From Deltaproteobacteria bacterium (GTDB lineage: Bacteria > Myxococcota > Myxococcia > Myxococcales > 40CM-4-68-19), in the NCBI GenBank assembly GCA_005879535.1, contig VBKI01000064.1, positions 52,993-116,992 of the forward strand: DNA of 64,000 nucleotides, in the 5' to 3' direction. Made by a program: the position numbers and the translations under genes. This document shows positions 11,063 to 20,351 of the stretch, piece by piece. Below the pieces are notes generated by a model, which did no database searches, was not told the origin of the DNA, and worked only from the letters and a program-made list of their open reading frames with translations. Numbering within the stretch: the stretch's first letter is position 1; every line of letters starts with the position of its first letter.

Positions 11063-13471
11063 TCAGGAAGCCTGTGCCTGGACGGATGGGTCCGTCCCCG
11101 GCTCGGGGACTTCGCGCCGGTACCCGCATTGCTTGTCGGGACAGGCGATGAACGCGCCGTCGCGCTTCGTGTACTTCTGCAGCAGGTACGGCTTCCCGCA
11201 CTGCGGGCACGGCCCTGGAATCGGCCGGTCCCACGCCGCGAACTTGCAGTTCGGGTAGTTCACGCAGCCGAAGAAGCTCTTTCCGAAGCGCGATTTGCGC
11301 TCGGCGAGGCCGCCGCCGCAGTCGGGGCAGACCACGCCCTTCAGGGTGATCGGCCTGGTCGTCTTGCACGTGGGATAGTCCGAGCACGCGAGGAACCGGC
11401 CGAACCGACCGCGCTTGTTCACCATCGGCTTGCCGCACGTGGGGCAGGTCTCCTCGGTGGGCAGATCCTCGACTACCCGGATCGTGCCGTTTTCCTCGAC
11501 GAAGTCCTTGGTGTTCTTGCAGTCGGGGTACCCGGAGCAGGCCAGAAAGCGCCCCATGCGGCCCCACTTGATCACCATCGGGCTACCGCACTTCTCGCAG
11601 ACCAGGTCGGTGGGCTTCTCCTCGCGCTTCACGTCGCGCATCTGCGCTTCCGCCGCCGCGAGGCTCTTCTTGAAGGGCTCGTAGAATTCGCCCAGCACCG
11701 ACTGCCAGTCGATCTTGCCTTCCTCGACCTCGTCGAGCTCCTCCTCCATCCGCGCAGTGAACTGCACGTCCATCACCCGCGGGAAGGCGCCTAGCAGAAG
11801 CTCGGTGACGATCTTCCCCAGATCGGTCGGAAAGAACCGACCCTCCTTCTTCTCCACGTACTCCTTGTCCTGGATGGTCGAGAGGATGGCGGCGTACGTC
11901 GACGGCCGGCCGATGCCCTTCTCCTCCAGCTCCTTGACCAGCGACGCCTCGGTGAACCGTGGCGGGGGCTGGGTGAAGTGCTGCTCGGGGATCAGGTCGA
12001 TGAGCTCGAGCGTCTGCCCCGACTCCAGAGGCGGAAGCTGGCGGGAGATATCGCCCTTCTCCTCGTCCTCGCCCTCCATCTTCTCGGCGCCCGCTTCCTC
12101 CTGCGGCTGCTCCGCTTCCTGCCCGTACACCGCGAGGTATCCGGGGAACTTGAGGATCTGCCCGGTGGCCCGGAACGTGGCCCTGCCCGCCTTGATGTCG
12201 GCGGTAGTCTGATCGAACACCGCCGGCACCATCTGGCAGGCGATGAAGCGGTTCCAGATCAGCTCGTAGAGCCGGAACATGTCCTTTTCGAGGAACGGCT
12301 TCACGCGCTCCGGCGGATGGTCGAGCGCGGTGGGCCGGATCGCCTCGTGCGCGTCCTGCGCGCTCTTCTTCGTCTTGAACTGGACTGGCTCCCCGGGCAG
12401 GTACTCCTTCCCCCAGCGCCCCGCGACGTACTCGCGCGCGCCTGCGACCGCATCGGGAGAGAGCCGGACGGAGTCGGTGCGCATGTACGTGATCAGCGCC
12501 GTCTGCCCGTCGTCTCCCAGCTCCACGCCTTCGTAGAGCCGCTGCGCGAGAGTCATGGTCTTCTTGGCGGTGAAGCCCAGCCGGTTCGCGGCTTCCTGCT
12601 GCAGCTTGGAAGTAATGAACGGCGGCGGGGCGTTGCGACGACGCTCCTTCTTCGTCACCTCGATGACGACGAACTTCTCGCGCCTCAGCTGCTCGACCAG
12701 CGGCCTCGCGATATCGCCGGTGGGAATCTCCGCCTTCTCGCCGTCGAGCCGGATCAGCTTGGCGCGGAATTGTGGCGGGAGCGCCGCGCGCAGGTCTGCC
12801 TCGATGCTCCAGTACTCGACGGGAACGAACTTCGCGATCTCCTCTTCCCGCTCGACCACCAGCCGCACCGCGACGCTCTGGACCCGTCCCGCCGAGAGTC
12901 CACGGCGAACCTTCTTCCAGAGGATGGGCGAGATCTGGTACCCGACCAGCCGATCCAGCACGCGCCTCGCCTGCTGCGCGTCGTACAGGTCGCGGTTGAG
13001 CTGCAGCGGCTTCTGGATGGCTTCCTGGATGGCTTTCTTGGTGATCTCGTTGAAGAGGATGCGCTGCGCGGGGATCTTGGTCCGCTTCAGCTGCTCGTAG
13101 ACGTGCCAGGCGATGGCCTCGCCCTCGCGGTCGGGGTCCGTCGCGAGCAGGATCAGCTGCACGCCCTTGGCGGCGGCCTTGAGCTCCGCCACCACCTTCT
13201 TCTTCGCGTCGATCACCTCGTAGACGGGCTGGAAACCGTTCTCGACATCGACGCCGATCTTGCTCTTCGGCAGGTCCATCACGTGGCCTACCGAGGCCTT
13301 CACCACGTACCCGGAGCCCAGGTACTTCTTGATGGTCTTGGCCTTCGCCGGAGACTCGACGACGACCAGGGTGCTGCCCTTCCCGCGGGTGGGCACCTCG
13401 CCCTGCCCACTCGCCTTACCGCTGGTCTTTCGGGTTTTCGCCGTCTTCGCTGCTACCTTGCTGGTTGCCAT
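11063..13471 (-). CDS. topA: DNA topoisomerase I with C-terminal zinc-ribbon repeats
   Basis: Toprim N-terminus LVVVESPAKAKTIKKYLG and the active-site region ITYMRTDS. Four C-terminal CxxC..CxxC zinc ribbons are present (CEKCGSPM, CPTCGKPM, CPDCGG, CPQCGKPY). Confidence 0.97.
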   Translation of the reverse strand: MATSKVAAKTAKTRKTSGKASGQGEVPTRGKGSTLVVVESPAKAKTIKKYLGSGYVVKASVGHVMDLPKSKIGVDVENGFQPVYEVIDAKKKVVAELKAAAKGVQLILLATDPDREGEAIAWHVYEQLKRTKIPAQRILFNEITKKAIQEAIQKPLQLNRDLYDAQQARRVLDRLVGYQISPILWKKVRRGLSAGRVQSVAVRLVVEREEEIAKFVPVEYWSIEADLRAALPPQFRAKLIRLDGEKAEIPTGDIARPLVEQLRREKFVVIEVTKKERRRNAPPPFITSKLQQEAANRLGFTAKKTMTLAQRLYEGVELGDDGQTALITYMRTDSVRLSPDAVAGAREYVAGRWGKEYLPGEPVQFKTKKSAQDAHEAIRPTALDHPPERVKPFLEKDMFRLYELIWNRFIACQMVPAVFDQTTADIKAGRATFRATGQILKFPGYLAVYGQEAEQPQEEAGAEKMEGEDEEKGDISRQLPPLESGQTLELIDLIPEQHFTQPPPRFTEASLVKELEEKGIGRPSTYAAILSTIQDKEYVEKKEGRFFPTDLGKIVTELLLGAFPRVMDVQFTARMEEELDEVEEGKIDWQSVLGEFYEPFKKSLAAAEAQMRDVKREEKPTDLVCEKCGSPMVIKWGRMGRFLACSGYPDCKNTKDFVEENGTIRVVEDLPTEETCPTCGKPMVNKRGRFGRFLACSDYPTCKTTRPITLKGVVCPDCGGGLAERKSRFGKSFFGCVNYPNCKFAAWDRPIPGPCPQCGKPYLLQKYTKRDGAFIACPDKQCGYRREVPEPGTDPSVQAQAS

Positions 13472-13523
13472 GACTCCCTCGGGGCGGCGATCGATGCCGT
13501 CACTCCCAATTGGGTTCGAAAGC

Positions 13524-14723
13524 TCAGCGGCGCAGGAAATATTTCCCGGGCCTCTGCACGACGACGCCCTTCAACTCCAGCTCCGCCAGCTTACCCAGCG
13601 CTTCCCGGGCGGGGATCTGCGCGCGGAGGGCGAGGTCGTCTACATGAGCAGGGGTCCTCTCGTCCAGAAGTCTCCAGAGTTTCGCACCGGTCGCATCGAT
13701 GATTTCGGTGTCCGTATCGGGCCTTTTGCCAGTTTCGTTGGATGCCGGAACGGCTGAATGCGATGCGTCATCGACTGGTGTGGCCATGGGAATCGGCCAA
13801 CCCAGGTCAGTCAGGACGTCCGCCGGACCGGTTGCCAGCTTCGCCTTCCCCTCGCGCAGCAGGCCGTTTGGTCCCTCGGCACGAGGATCCGCCGGATCGC
13901 CGGGTACGGCGTAGACAGGGATGTTCTGCGCAGTGGCGTGGGCTGCCGTGATCAAAGCGCCAGATCGCTGCGCGGCGCGGACGACCACCACCGCATCGGA
14001 CAATCCCGCAACCGTGCGGTTTCGGCGCGGAAAATTTCTGGGCATCGGCTGCGTTCCCGGCGCGAGCTCGCTGACCAGGGCGCCCCCGCCGTTCGCCAGC
14101 CGGTCGAAGAGCCTTCGATTGTCCGAAGGGTAGACGACATCGATTCCAGATCCGAGCACCGCGATGGACGTCCCTTGTCCCCAGAGCGCTCCTTCGTGCG
14201 CCGCGGCGTCGATGCCGCGCGCTCCGCCCGAAACCACCTCGACGCCCGCCCGGGCGAACATGTCGCCGAACTCGTGCGCCAGCGCCAGTCCCGACTCCCC
14301 GACCTCGCGCGCGCCGACGACGGCGATCCGGCGGACCTCTGGCGCCAGGTTCCCGCGCACGTAGAGCAGTCGCGGCGGATTCGGGATCCTCCGCAGCTTC
14401 TTCGGATACTGCGCGTCGTCGAGCAGCAACACGCGGGCGCCCGCATCGCGAGCCGCCTTCAATACCAGGACACCCAACTCGCGGAGATTCGGACCCTGCG
14501 CGAGATACTGCCGCGCTTCCGGATTCAGCTCGAGCTGCTCGCCGGCCTCGAGGATGCCGCGGGGGCCTTCTTCCAGGGCAGCCTCGAGCGACTGGAACCG
14601 AGCGGCGATTCGCGCCAACGTCGAGGCGCCAATCCCCGGGACCGCCGACAGCGCACAGGCGGCCAATACGTCGGGACCCGCACGCCCTGCGGCGTCGGCC
14701 ACCCTCTGGCTCCCGTGCGCCAA
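13524..14723 (-). CDS. dprA: DNA processing protein DprA (Smf)
   Basis: Core GGARGIDAAAHEGAL...IAVLGSGIDVVYPSDNRRLF...ELAPGTQPMPRNFPRRNRTVAGLS..VVVVRAAQRSGALITA. The TTG start lies 1 nt after the upstream gene's stop. Confidence 0.92.
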   Translation of the reverse strand: MAHGSQRVADAAGRAGPDVLAACALSAVPGIGASTLARIAARFQSLEAALEEGPRGILEAGEQLELNPEARQYLAQGPNLRELGVLVLKAARDAGARVLLLDDAQYPKKLRRIPNPPRLLYVRGNLAPEVRRIAVVGAREVGESGLALAHEFGDMFARAGVEVVSGGARGIDAAAHEGALWGQGTSIAVLGSGIDVVYPSDNRRLFDRLANGGGALVSELAPGTQPMPRNFPRRNRTVAGLSDAVVVVRAAQRSGALITAAHATAQNIPVYAVPGDPADPRAEGPNGLLREGKAKLATGPADVLTDLGWPIPMATPVDDASHSAVPASNETGKRPDTDTEIIDATGAKLWRLLDERTPAHVDDLALRAQIPAREALGKLAELELKGVVVQRPGKYFLRR

Positions 14724-14724
14724 G

Positions 14725-16116
14725 CTACTGCACGCCGCCGCCGGACCCGGAACCGCGCATCTCGACCAGGTCTCCGGCCTGCAGCTCGCGGATGCTCTTG
14801 ATCACCACGGCAGTGCTCAGGTGATCGCGCGCATCGACGACCAGGAGCAGCCCGACGCTTTCCTCGGGGACCGCGACCTTTGCCGCCCGGGCGCCCTGCT
14901 TCCCGCCCGTGTACGACTTGGTCACGAACGCATTGTTCAGGCCGTCGCCCTGGCGAAGGACGGCGAAGGTGTTTCCTTCCTCGACGCCGTCTTCGACGCC
15001 GCGGTCGATGAACACCTCCTGGTATTCGCCATAAGTGGTGAGGCCGGGGTTCACGTTCTGGACGATCCTGCCGACCACGTCGGCGCCGTTCGCCCGCGGG
15101 GCGATGCGCTTCTCCTGCGCGATCCAGGGACGCACGAGATCACCGCGTTCCACCTCTTCGAACGTCCGCTCGATCTGCACCGTCGCCTGCGTGCCCTGGA
15201 TGGAGATGACCCTGACCACACCGACCGTCTTGGTCTGCCGGGCCAGCGTCCGATTCGAAATCGGATGGACGATGGGCCCCTCCGGGCGGAAGATCAGCAG
15301 CTTGTCGCCGACCCTGGCCGGCACGTCATGCCTGAACCGGGCGTACCCCGTGTCGTAGGTGGAGAGCATCTGCTTCTCCTCGAACGAGGCTTCGAGCGTG
15401 CCGGCGTCGCGCATCTCTTCCGGCGTCACCAGCCCGCTCGTGCGCACGCTCAGGACCGGCGGCGGCGAGAAGGCGAGCTTGCCGCTCACGCTGACGGAAT
15501 TCAGCGCCGCGCGCGTCTCGCGGCTGTTCTTCTTGACCACCTCGAGGTCGGGCGTGTCGGACGTGGTCACCGAGGTCTCCCATGAAGCTCCCGGCGGCGT
15601 CTCTTCCGGCGCGTTCAGCGCCTCGGCGTCGATGCCCGGCTCCTCGGCCTGGACCTGCGCCGGAGCCTGGGCACCGCCGTCGCCGGGCACGATGCGGAGC
15701 TTGTTGCCTGGATAGATCCAGTGCGGGTTCTCGATGCTCGGGTTCAGGCTCCAGATCTTGGGCCAGTACCAGGGATTGCTGAGGAACTTCTGGGAGAGAT
15801 CCCAGAGCGTGTCGCCCTTGACGATGGTGTACTCGTCGGGCGTTCCCGGAACCGGCTGGATGTTGGCGTCGGGCGGCGGGCGAGGGCTCTGCTCCGTGAT
15901 GGGGGCGTTCTCCGGCCGCTGCGCCGGCACCGTCAGGGTGTGAGGCCGCCGCGCAGTCGGGCGGGGGCTGACCTGTTGCTGCGGATCCATGGCCTGCGGC
16001 GCCACCGGCGGAGGCGGCTGGTTCTGCTGCGCGCGCACCTGAACTGCAAGCGCCAGAGTTAGCGCCCCTCCCCATCCTGCTCCCCTGCGCCATCGCGCGA
16101 TCGTCCGCGTTCGCAT
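14725..16116 (-). CDS. Secreted LysM peptidoglycan-binding protein
   Basis: Signal peptide MRTRTIARWRRGAGWGGALTLALAVQVRA, a Pro-rich stretch, and the LysM motif YTIVKGDTLWDLSQKFLSNPWYWPKIWSLNP..IYPGNKLRI. Confidence 0.85.
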   Translation of the reverse strand: MRTRTIARWRRGAGWGGALTLALAVQVRAQQNQPPPPVAPQAMDPQQQVSPRPTARRPHTLTVPAQRPENAPITEQSPRPPPDANIQPVPGTPDEYTIVKGDTLWDLSQKFLSNPWYWPKIWSLNPSIENPHWIYPGNKLRIVPGDGGAQAPAQVQAEEPGIDAEALNAPEETPPGASWETSVTTSDTPDLEVVKKNSRETRAALNSVSVSGKLAFSPPPVLSVRTSGLVTPEEMRDAGTLEASFEEKQMLSTYDTGYARFRHDVPARVGDKLLIFRPEGPIVHPISNRTLARQTKTVGVVRVISIQGTQATVQIERTFEEVERGDLVRPWIAQEKRIAPRANGADVVGRIVQNVNPGLTTYGEYQEVFIDRGVEDGVEEGNTFAVLRQGDGLNNAFVTKSYTGGKQGARAAKVAVPEESVGLLLVVDARDHLSTAVVIKSIRELQAGDLVEMRGSGSGGGVQ

Positions 16117-16127
16117 CGGTGCCCTCC

Positions 16128-16922
16128 CTACAGTCCCTGCAGGAGCTGCCGCGAGTGCGCCGATTCCGGCGCTTGCGGGTGCTCCGCGCTCAGCTGGTTG
16201 AGAACGGCCTTCGCCTCTGCCTTGCGCCCGAGAACCCGGAGGCAGCGCCCGCGCTCGAGCTGCGCCTGCGGGACCGCATCGCCGGCCGGATACTTCAGCG
16301 GCAGGCTCTCGAAGATCTGCAGCGCGCCGGCGCAGTCTCCGCGCACCTCCCGAATGAGGCCCGCGAGATAGAGCGCATTGTCGGCGGCGCTGTGCTGCGG
16401 GTAGGTGGCCACGAAAGCGAGCAGATCGACTTCCGCCTCCACATGGCGTCCTTCGTTGAGCTTGCGCACGGCGTCCGCCCAGATGTGATCGGCGTCGAAA
16501 TCGCGCGCCACCGAAGGATCCGTGGCGAGGCGCGCCAGCGCTTCCTCGTCGGGCTCACGGAGCTCGACGTCACTCGGGAGCCGCGGCGCGTGCTCGACCG
16601 GATTGGGCCGATCGGTGCGGCGCAGGCGTCCGCCCGCCTTCACCGTCTTGGCCGGCGGGCGCGGATCCGGACGGGCGGGCGACGCGGGGGTCACGTGCGC
16701 CGGCTGCGCCTTGGCCGCCAGCGCGGCGAGCTTCACTTCCAGCTCCTCGATCCGCCGCTGCTGCTGAGCGAGCAGCGCCGACTGCGCCTGGATCTGACCG
16801 CGCATCTCGTTCAGCTCCTCACTTTCGGCGGCCGGACGCACTGCCGCTCCAGCGCAGGCGACGAGCATGGCCGTGGCGGCAATAAAGCCGAAGCGCAAGC
16901 GGATTTCCCCTCTGTGCGGCAA
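16128..16922 (-). CDS. CpoB/YbgF-like lipoprotein (coiled coil plus TPR)
   Basis: Lipobox-like AATAMLVAC, coiled coil EELNEMRGQIQAQSALLAQQQRRIEELEVKLAAL, and C-terminal TPRs (ADNALYLAGLI..., PQAQLERGRCLRVLGRKAEAKAVL). A TTG start is one of several options. Confidence 0.7.
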   Translation of the reverse strand: MPHRGEIRLRFGFIAATAMLVACAGAAVRPAAESEELNEMRGQIQAQSALLAQQQRRIEELEVKLAALAAKAQPAHVTPASPARPDPRPPAKTVKAGGRLRRTDRPNPVEHAPRLPSDVELREPDEEALARLATDPSVARDFDADHIWADAVRKLNEGRHVEAEVDLLAFVATYPQHSAADNALYLAGLIREVRGDCAGALQIFESLPLKYPAGDAVPQAQLERGRCLRVLGRKAEAKAVLNQLSAEHPQAPESAHSRQLLQGL

Positions 16923-16977
16923 TGGCGCCGCGTCCCGCGATCATCTACGCGGGGGGCCTGACATGTCAAAGAAAGGC

Positions 16978-17745
16978 TCAGGAGTCGCGGACTTCGATGA
17001 AGGCGAGATGCCGACCTGTGCGCCCTTTGTCGCGGCGGTGGCTGAACCATGCGCTGCTGTCGCAGGATGTGCACCCTTCGACCTGCTCGATCCGTTCGGG
17101 CGGAATTCCCGCCTGAAGAAGCGAGCGTTCGACGCAATGGCGCAGGTCGAGGTGCGGCTTTGTCGTCCGCGCCGGATCGTCGGCTGCTTCCGGACCGAAC
17201 AGCGCGCGAAATTCGGCGGCCAGCTCGGGCGAGACTTCGTAACAGCACCGACCGATGCAAGGTCCGATCGCGGCGAGCATCTGCGCCGGGTCCGCTCCCG
17301 CCGCGTGCTGAAGGGCGCGAATGGCGCGCCCGGCAATCCCCAGCCGCGCGCCTCGCCAACCCGAGTGCACCGCCGCCGCGGCGCGTTCGGCGTGCACGAG
17401 GATGGGGACGCAGTCCGCCACGCGGACTCCCACGGCGCCCTCGCCGAGAGCAACGATGGCGTCCGCGCCTTCCTCCTGCCTTGCCGTCGGCGCGAACACC
17501 TCGCGCATGCGCGCGTCGACGATGCGGTCGCCGTGGACCTGATGGGCGCTGGCGATCGGCGCCTGGAGGCCCGCTGCCGCGCGAAGGAGCGCGTGGTTCC
17601 TGCGCACCGCCGCTTCGTCGTCGCCGACCGAAACGCTGAGATTGAGCGAGGAGAACGCGCCGGAAGAGACGCCGCCCGTCCGCATCGAGAAGCCATGGGG
17701 GACGCCTGCGGCGGAGAGGAGGCGGGAGGTGGCGAAGAGCTTCAC
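16978..17745 (-). CDS. pgeF: YfiH/PgeF family protein (DUF152; peptidoglycan editing factor / purine nucleoside phosphorylase)
   Basis: GVPHGFSMRTGGVS, QVHGDRIV, ADCVPIL and HSGWRG...CCYEV motifs. GTG start at 17745. Confidence 0.9.
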   Translation of the reverse strand: MKLFATSRLLSAAGVPHGFSMRTGGVSSGAFSSLNLSVSVGDDEAAVRRNHALLRAAAGLQAPIASAHQVHGDRIVDARMREVFAPTARQEEGADAIVALGEGAVGVRVADCVPILVHAERAAAAVHSGWRGARLGIAGRAIRALQHAAGADPAQMLAAIGPCIGRCCYEVSPELAAEFRALFGPEAADDPARTTKPHLDLRHCVERSLLQAGIPPERIEQVEGCTSCDSSAWFSHRRDKGRTGRHLAFIEVRDS

Positions 17746-17761
17746 GCTCCCAGTCTAACTC

Positions 17762-18349
17762 CTACAAGTCGTGCAGATACTCCTGGATCTCGCGCGCGGC
17801 CTGCTCCTCGGAAGTCCGGTCGACCGACCGCCCCGCGAGCTCGGGAACGCGCTCCACCAGGACGATACGCTCTCCGCGCGCGTCGCCGACGACGTTGCCC
17901 TGCGGGTCGAGGTCGTTGACGCCCTCCAGCACGACCCGGCTGCCGTTCCGGCGCACCTGGTAGAGCGTGCGCGTTCCGGCCCCGGTTGAGTCGCCGAGGA
18001 GGAACCTGTCGCCGTCGGCCTGCCAGCGGCAGGCGCGATCGGACACGCCTGGCTCCTCGCCGTCGACGGAGACGGCGAGCGCGAGCCGGCACTGCCCGCT
18101 CTCCTCGAGCATCAGGGCGCCACGCTCGGTGAGGACGTGCTCGGCGCCATTCGCGTCGGTCAGCTTGGTGCCGGTCTCGCTGATCTCGATCAGCTGGTCG
18201 ATTCCGTCGAGCTGGGCGCGAGAGCGGATCGACTCGACCGCGTACTTCCCGGCGGCGAGCACCGGCCTGTCGGGACGCGACGCGCCGAAATGCGCGCACC
18301 CGATTCCCGCCGCCAGCACCAACGCCATCCCGACCCGCCCGAACCCCAT
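17762..18349 (-). CDS. Hypothetical lipoprotein
   Basis: The internal ATG at 18349 gives MGFGRVGMALVLAAGIGC (lipobox). No recognisable domain. It is co-directional and tightly packed, with a 16-nt gap to pgeF. Confidence 0.6.
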   Translation of the reverse strand: MGFGRVGMALVLAAGIGCAHFGASRPDRPVLAAGKYAVESIRSRAQLDGIDQLIEISETGTKLTDANGAEHVLTERGALMLEESGQCRLALAVSVDGEEPGVSDRACRWQADGDRFLLGDSTGAGTRTLYQVRRNGSRVVLEGVNDLDPQGNVVGDARGERIVLVERVPELAGRSVDRTSEEQAAREIQEYLHDL

Positions 18350-18465
18350 GTGCCGCCTCCCCGCCCGCGTCCGGAGGAAAACTGTGCAAGCGGGCGGCCA
18401 CGCTGGCGACGCGAGTGGCAGAGGCGGGATGGGAACGGCCGTTCCCACCCGCGGAACCGTCCGCT

Positions 18466-19089
18466 TCAGGAGAGCGCGCGGCGCGCCTTGAGCTGTTTAC
18501 GAACGAACCAGGCGACGGCGAGGAGACCGATCGCCAACAGGACGGCGTCGAACCGGTGGAACCAGGGCTTGAGCTCGTCGATGTGCTCGCCGAGCTTCAT
18601 GCCGACCCAGGCGAGGCCGAGGCACCAGGGGAACGATCCGGCGAAGGTGTAGACGATGAACTTGCCCATCGGCATCCGCGCGACGCCGGCCGGAAAGGCG
18701 ATGAAGGTGCGGACCACGGGAAGCAGTCGCGCCACGAACACGGTCACGTCTCCGCGCCGGACGAAAAAGCGGTCAGCCCAGTCCAGGTGCTCCGGGGAGA
18801 GCAGGATGTAGCGTCCGTACTTCAGGATCAGCGGACGGCCTCCATAAGCCCCGACGTAATAGGCGGGGATGCTGCCGAGGACGCAGCCGACGCCGCCCCA
18901 GAGGCCGCAGCCGAAGAGCGTGAAGCGGCCCGAAGGAACCAGGCTGCCGGCGAACGGCATGATCACTTCGGAGGGCAACGGGATGCAGGCGCTCTCGATT
19001 GCCATCAACCCGGCGATGCCGGCGTACCCCATGGCGGAGATGACGCCCTGGATCCAGAGCGCGACGGCTTCGAGGACGTTGGCGATCAA
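18466..19089 (-). CDS. DedA-family membrane protein
   Basis: GYAGIAGLMAIESACIPLPSEVIMPFAG plus RLLPVVRTFIAFPAGVARM are typical DedA/SNARE-associated motifs. The best start is TTG 19089, which overlaps the upstream TGA in the sequence TTGA. Confidence 0.85.
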   Translation of the reverse strand: MIANVLEAVALWIQGVISAMGYAGIAGLMAIESACIPLPSEVIMPFAGSLVPSGRFTLFGCGLWGGVGCVLGSIPAYYVGAYGGRPLILKYGRYILLSPEHLDWADRFFVRRGDVTVFVARLLPVVRTFIAFPAGVARMPMGKFIVYTFAGSFPWCLGLAWVGMKLGEHIDELKPWFHRFDAVLLAIGLLAVAWFVRKQLKARRALS

Positions 19090-20285
19090 GGGAGGACCCG
19101 AAGGCGGCGTCCCGGCCGGGACGGTTCCGCGCCGTAGAAGATTTCGTCGTAGGGAACGCTGCAGTCGGTCGCGCGCGGCTCGGGGTAGGCGAACCGCTCG
19201 CCCTGGTAGCTGCGGAAGATGGTCTCGCGCGCGCGCCGCTCGACCACGTACTCGGGCTGGATCGTCACCTTCCCTCCCCCGCCGGGAAGATCGACGGCGA
19301 GGTGCGGGACGGCGAGACCGCTGGTCCAGCCGCGGAGCTCGCGGAGGATCTCGATTCCTCTCGCGAGCGGCGTGCGCAGGTGCTCGAGGCCCTCGGCGAC
19401 GTCCATCTGGTGCAGATAGTAGGGACGCACCCGCATGGTCAGGCACTTCTGCATCAGATCCTTGATCGCGCGGGCGCTGGAGTTCACCCGGCGCATGAGC
19501 ACCGCCTGGTTCTCCACCGGGATGCCGCGATCGACGAGCCGCTCGCAGGCCTCACGCGCCTCTCCGGTGATCTCCTTCGCGTGATTGAAGTGGGTGACGA
19601 CGTACAACGGAGCGAACTTGCGCAGGGCCCCGGCCAGCTCGTCGTCCACACGCATGGGCAGGCAGACGGGAATGCGGGTGCCGATGCGGACGATCTCGAC
19701 GTGCGGAACGCTGCGAATCTGTTCCAGCAGCTCGATCAGCCGCTCGGTGGAGAGCAACAGCGGGTCGCCGCCCGAGACCAGCACGTCGCGCACTTCGGGA
19801 TGCTCGCGCAGATAGTCCACGGCCTCGTGCAGCTCCTCCCGCGAGATGCCTCCCTCGTCGCCGGAGGTGATGCGCCGCCGCGTGCAGTGACGGCAGTAGA
19901 CCGAGCAGTGATCGAGAGCAAGCAGAAGAACCCGGTCCGGGTATTTGTGCACGATTGCGCGGACCGGCCGGTGCTTGTCCTCCCCGAGCGGGTCGCGCAG
20001 CTCGCCCGGATGCGCCTCGGCCTCCGCGCGTACCGGGATGGCCTGCATGCGGATCGGACAATACGGGTGCCCGGGGTCGATGAGGCTCAGGTAGTACGGC
20101 GAGACGCCGAGGCGGAAGAGGTCCGCGGTCTCGACGCAGCCGCGGCGCTCGTCCTCGGTGAGCGCGATCGCCCGCTCGAGCTGCGCGAGGGTGCGGATGC
20201 TGTGGCGGAGCTGCCAGCGCCAGTCGGCCCACTCGGCATCGCTCGCCTGCGGGAAGAGCTCAACCCGTCTCGCGGCCGTCGACAT
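19086..20285 (-). CDS. KamA-family radical SAM aminomutase (lysine 2,3-aminomutase-like), paralog 1
   Basis: Radical SAM cluster CSVYCRHCTRRR, plus GGDPLLL, ENQAVLMRRVNSS, RPYYLHQMDVAEGLEHLR and VDLPGGGGK (the PLP lysine). ATG at 20285 (MSTAARR). Confidence 0.92.
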   Translation of the reverse strand: MSTAARRVELFPQASDAEWADWRWQLRHSIRTLAQLERAIALTEDERRGCVETADLFRLGVSPYYLSLIDPGHPYCPIRMQAIPVRAEAEAHPGELRDPLGEDKHRPVRAIVHKYPDRVLLLALDHCSVYCRHCTRRRITSGDEGGISREELHEAVDYLREHPEVRDVLVSGGDPLLLSTERLIELLEQIRSVPHVEIVRIGTRIPVCLPMRVDDELAGALRKFAPLYVVTHFNHAKEITGEAREACERLVDRGIPVENQAVLMRRVNSSARAIKDLMQKCLTMRVRPYYLHQMDVAEGLEHLRTPLARGIEILRELRGWTSGLAVPHLAVDLPGGGGKVTIQPEYVVERRARETIFRSYQGERFAYPEPRATDCSVPYDEIFYGAEPSRPGRRLRVLP

Positions 20286-20327
20286 GAGGGCGCGCAAGAT
20301 GCTTCGCCCGCCGCGGCAGGTCAAGGA

Positions 20328-20347
20328 CGCAGGTCCATGAACCTGCG
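20328..20347 (-). terminator. Hairpin 4 nt downstream of the Ig-like lipoprotein stop (7-bp stem cgcaggt/acctgcg, 6-nt loop)
   Basis: Inverted repeat read directly from the sequence. There is no U-tract, so it may be a processing or attenuation element or a non-canonical terminator. Confidence 0.3.
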
Positions 20348-20351
20348 CGGC

